Shown: positions 62,157 through 64,000 of the stretch, one piece after another
How the letters are laid out: each line of letters begins with the position of its first letter
Position numbering within the stretch: the stretch's first letter is position 1
Assembly: GCF_035594765.1 (NCBI RefSeq)
Contig: NC_085845.1
Location: 143,546,897 to 143,610,896 of the forward strand
Direction: 5' to 3'
DNA from: Anolis carolinensis
Lineage: Eukaryota
Length of the DNA: 64,000 nt
Made by a program: the position numbers and the translations under genes
The notes under the pieces: generated by a model
Seen by the model: the letters and a program-made list of their open reading frames with translations, nothing else
Told to the model about the DNA's origin: nothing
Database searches by the model: none

Positions 62157-63704
62157 ATGCCGAGGTGGCTGGAACTCCTGAGGAGATCCAACCGCATCTC
62201 TCCTGCAGAGACAGAGAAGGGGGTGTCCAGCCCACCCTCAAAGTTGAGGAAATTATGGAGAAGGATCAAGAGCAGCATGCTGTCATGCATGAACTCCAGG
62301 TCTGCCGAGGCTGCCAAGCAGAGGAGGAAGGAGGCCTCCACCAAGCTGAAGGAGAGGAGAAGGGGCCACCTGGCCAGCAAGTCTCCTTCCCTCGAGACCA
62401 TCGTGGAGGACTTGGAGGAGGCTGAGGCCCAGGAAGAGCCAGAGGAGCCCAGGATGAAGGAGAGGCGAGGGAGCGGCCTGGCCAGCCTGCCTCCTTCCCT
62501 CGAGATCATTGTGGAGGACTTGGAGGAGGCTGAGGCCCAGGAAGAGCCAGAGGAGCCCAGGATGAAGGAGAGGCGAGGGAGCGACCTGGCCACCCTGCCT
62601 CCTTCCCTCGAGATCATCGTGGAGGACTTGGAGGAGGCTGAAGCCCAGGAAGAGCCAGAGGAGCCCAGGATGAAGGAGAGGCGAGGGAGCGGCCTGGCCA
62701 GCCTGCCTCCTTCCCTCGAGATCATCGTGGAGGACTTGGAGGAGGCTGAAGCCCAGGAAGAACCAGAGGAGCCCAGGATGAAGGAGAGGCGAGGGAGCGG
62801 CCTGGCCAGCCTGCCTCCTTCCCTCGAGATCATTGTGGAGGACTTGGAGGAGGCTGGGGCCCAGGAAGAGCCAGAGGAGCCCAGGATGAAGGAGAGGCGA
62901 GGGAGCGGCCTGGCCAGCCTGCCTCCTTCCCTCGAGATCATCATGGAGGACTTGGAGGAGGCTGAAGCCCAGGAAGAGCCAGAGGAGCCCAGGATGAAGG
63001 AGAGGCGAGGGAGCGGCCTGGCCAGCCTGCCTCCTTCCCTCGAGATCATCGTGGAGGACTTGGAGGAGGCTGAAGCCCAGGAAGAACCAGAGGAGCCCAG
63101 GATGAAGGAGAGGCGAGGGAGCGGCCTGGCCAGCCTGCCTCCTTCCCTCGAGATCATTGTGGAGGACTTGGAGGAGGCTGAGGCCCAGGAAGAGCCAGAG
63201 GAGCCCAGGATGAAGGAGAGGTGAGGGAGCGGCCTGGCCAGCCTGCCTCCTTCCCTCGAGATCATCGTGGAGGACTTGGAGGAGGCTGAAGCCCAGGAAG
63301 AGCCAGAGGAGCCCAGGATGAAGGAGAGGCGAGGGAGCGGCCTGGCCAGCCTGCCTCCTTCCCTCGAGATCATTGTGGAGGACTTGGAGGAGGCTGAAGC
63401 CCAGGAAGAGCCAGAGGAGCCCAGGATGAAGGAGAGGCGAGGGAGCGGCCTGGCCAGCCTGCCTCCTTCCCTCGAGATCATTGTGGAGGACTTGGAGGAG
63501 GCTGAGGCCCAGGAAGAGCCAGAGGAGCCCAGGATGAAGGAGAGGCGAGGGAGCGGCCTGGCCAGCCTGCCTCCTTCCCTCGAGATCATCGTGGAGGACT
63601 TGGAGGAGGCTGAAGCCCAGGAAGAGCCAGAGGAGCCCAGGATGAAGGAAAGGCGAAGGAGCAGCCTGGCCATCCTGCCTCCTTCCCTCCACATCATCGA
63701 CTGA
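62157..63704 (+). CDS. Uncharacterised gene-like ORF with 36-aa Glu-rich repeats (LxxIxE and RRGS motifs); in-frame TGA at 63222-63224
   Basis: Branch point 'gctaac', pyrimidine tract and 'ttacag|ccatcATG' precede the ATG. The ORF runs 355 aa to the TGA, or 515 codons if read through. The N-terminus is conserved in a second copy at 63899. Confidence 0.6.
62346..63704 (+). repeat. 108-bp coding minisatellite, ~12.5 copies
   Basis: One diverged unit, 11 near-identical units (ATG at 62454+108n) and a partial unit at 63642. Confidence 0.97.
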
Positions 63705-63898
63705 ACAAATAAACAACAAACGTCTCAGAGGGTGTGATGTCGGAAGTCATGAGTGGAAAGAGCGAGGTGGTGGGATTTTGAAAACTGCCTGTTTCTTTGT
63801 TTTACTTCATAGAATGTAATAAAAGTTTTGTAGCAGAAAGGGAAGCTTTGTTGGCACCTCTGCTAACCCTGCTCTTATCCTTCTTTTTTACAGCCATC

Positions 63899-64000
63899 AT
63901 GCCGAGGTGGCTGGATAGCCTCAGAAGATCCAACCGGATGTCTCCTTCAGAGACTGAGCAGGTGGTGGCCAGCCTGCCCTCTAAGTTGAGGAGAATATGG
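63899..64000 (+). CDS. Second tandem paralog of the repeat-protein ORF (runs off the window)
   Basis: Same acceptor and ATG context 'ttacagccatcATG'; MPRWLDSLRRSNRMSPSETEQVVASLPSKLRRIW vs MPRWLELLRRSNRISPAETEKGVSSPPSKLRKLW. Confidence 0.6.
   Translation, partial: MPRWLDSLRRSNRMSPSETEQVVASLPSKLRRIW

Noticed and set aside
62060-63719. Long antisense ORFs of 545 aa and 478 aa
   Set aside because: They are by-products of a 108-bp in-frame repeat lacking stops on the minus strand. The splice and ATG context and the paralog conservation support the plus strand only

Overview
Vertebrate genomic DNA from a squamate reptile, most likely an Anolis lizard. This is inferred from the repeat repertoire: Sauria SINEs, a 5S-derived SINE, Vingi-tailed SINEs, L2, CR1, L1, RTE/BovB, Dong/R4, Penelope, and hAT, Tc1-mariner and Harbinger MITEs. 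Bases 1-55.6 kb are AT-rich intergenic or intronic DNA with no recognisable intact gene. They contain a LYRM4 (ISD11) retrocopy with a non-canonical 3' end, an 890-bp solo LTR, and a nested transposon stack at 48.2-50.8 kb. After a 180-N gap, the last ~8 kb are a repeat-dense mosaic. It holds a frameshifted DIS3L exon fragment fused to a hAT terminus. It also holds a tandemly duplicated gene-like unit whose ORF carries about 12 copies of a 36-aa repeat, pairing a PP2A-B56 docking-type LxxIxE motif with a PKA-type RRGS site; this is the most interesting candidate novelty. All family assignments come from recalled consensus sequences and visual reading, not database searches. Boundaries of old, degenerate elements are approximate.
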